A stretch of DNA of 64,000 nucleotides, taken from NCBI GenBank assembly GCA_030265395.1, contig JARFYF010000036.1, positions 27,244,397 to 27,308,396 on the forward strand, given 5' to 3'. The notes under the pieces are model-generated. The model was not told the origin of the DNA and searched no databases. It worked only from the letters and a program-made list of their open reading frames with translations. Below, one piece after another: positions 62,577 through 64,000 of the stretch. Numbering within the stretch: position 1 is the stretch's first letter; each line of letters begins with the position of its first letter. The position numbers and the translations under genes are program-made. The stretch comes from Rhina ancylostomus (taxonomy: Eukaryota).

Positions 62577-64000
62577 TTAATTTTATTAATTATTATTGTA
62601 TACAATGGAAAATCAGTTACATTTTGGATAATACAGTTAGCTTGAAAAATGTACTTAACAGCAAGGCCAAATATAAGGCAGCTTGCAAATTAAATTGTTT
62701 TCTAATATACTTAATATAGATAGGATTAATGTTAGTCATTAAGAAGCACTTGTAAGCAGATATTTGGTTGCAATTAGTTGGAAATTACCTTGACAGCACT
62801 TATTTATTGTAAAAATAACAAATAGTTTTCAACAAGAATTATTCAATGTAATGCTTCCCTTTCTCATCCCCACTACCTCTGCAACCTTCCTTCAACTCTA
62901 CAAATGTTCCTTTTTTTCCCCTGCTTAGCCCTCTGTGCTGGACACCTCAACTATTTAAGCATTACACTGGAACTCCCCTCTCTTTATGAAGAAGACTCCT
63001 CAAGATCTCTCCTAACTGCAAGTCATCCTGCTTTTTTAATTCTTTTTCTTACACTTGTTCATTACAAACACTTTCTGGTACCTACTTCTCCTTCAAATTA
63101 CTTTCTTTTGTTTTGCGTTAAATTAATTTGTATTAGAGCAATATTAGTCAAATGTAATGACAAAGCAAGCATAAAATATCAGTAATCACAGCAAAAAACA
63201 GACCATTTAGCCCATCGAGTTTAACCTTGTGTTTCTCTTCATGTTCTCTTCATATAATTGTCCCATTATATGCCCAGATTTCTTCTTACATGCCTCGTTT
63301 AATAATTCTGTCATCAATCTGTGACATTTTGTTGTGCATTGGCATTATTTGCCTCATGCTAGTTCTTCATCTCTTAATCTTGGAGTGGATAATAACAATA
63401 CAGTGCAATACACATGATCAAGAGCGGGGTAACACCCATTCGTTTGAAGCTTCAGCACAATTCCATATTAGATCAAGAGCATAGAATCAATAACTAGCAC
63501 TATCTAATTACTGTATTATCTTAAATGTTATTACAAGTTACCTGAACATTTAAATTAATTTCTAAGGTATTTTATATTTTCAATTATTATTCCGAAGTAG
63601 TCAAGCTGAAAACATTTTCTGCTGTCACAACAAATGGGAACAGTGGATATGGCTAATTATTAATTCAGAAATGTATAGAGTAGCTTCTTTAAAGCAGGAA
63701 TTCCATACAAATTGTCTTTGTATTGCTTCTCTCTGATATAGATGTGTTATAAGTCTAATTAATTTGCTGAGAGTCACAGATAATGATTTAAAAATGAAGC
63801 TGAAATCTTGTGTGCTACTCCAAGACAGGTATGAGACACTGAGATCTGATTGCTTGTTTTGTACACCCATCCGAGTGCACCAACAGAAATGGAGACTCCC
63901 ATTGCTTATTGAAAGATTAAGGTTTGGTTTGGTCCTTATGCTGCTTGCAGATAACAATTACACCTGTCACAGAAAGCAAAATAGGATAAAACAAAGAAAT

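Noticed and set aside
62770-62810. CAAG|gtaatt donor-like site as a candidate for the upstream YIATQG exon
   Set aside because: Translates to NKCCQ rather than HYIATQ; that exon probably lies beyond the window.

Overview
Eukaryotic, AT-rich, repeat-rich vertebrate genomic DNA with scaffold gaps. The repeat set (V-SINE/HE1-like, DeuSINE-like, CR1 tails, Penelope, Harbinger fossils) suggests a cartilaginous fish, which is my inference. The right half (~31.2-64 kb) holds the 3' end of a receptor-type protein tyrosine phosphatase of the R2B subfamily on the minus strand, best matching PTPRT. I could read 10 coding exons, all with GT-AG borders, covering most of phosphatase domain D1 (WPD loop, [10 protein letters not shown]) and D2 through to the stop codon at 33948-33950, followed by a probable ~2.7 kb 3' UTR. 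One expected ~150-bp exon (D1 Q-loop/linker) is not visible and probably lies in the N-gap at 45082-45805. The left ~31 kb is downstream intergenic sequence with decayed LINEs/SINEs, a Penelope-like element, Harbinger remnants and a telomere-motif satellite. The most notable non-genic signal is a dispersed Penelope-derived repeat carrying a minimal type-I hammerhead-ribozyme-like fold, with stem pairing preserved between divergent copies and several fold-back copies. No prokaryotic features (CRISPR, operons) are present, and almost all ORFs in the track are spurious or repeat-derived. Repeat family names come from remembered motifs rather than database searches, and repeat boundaries are approximate.
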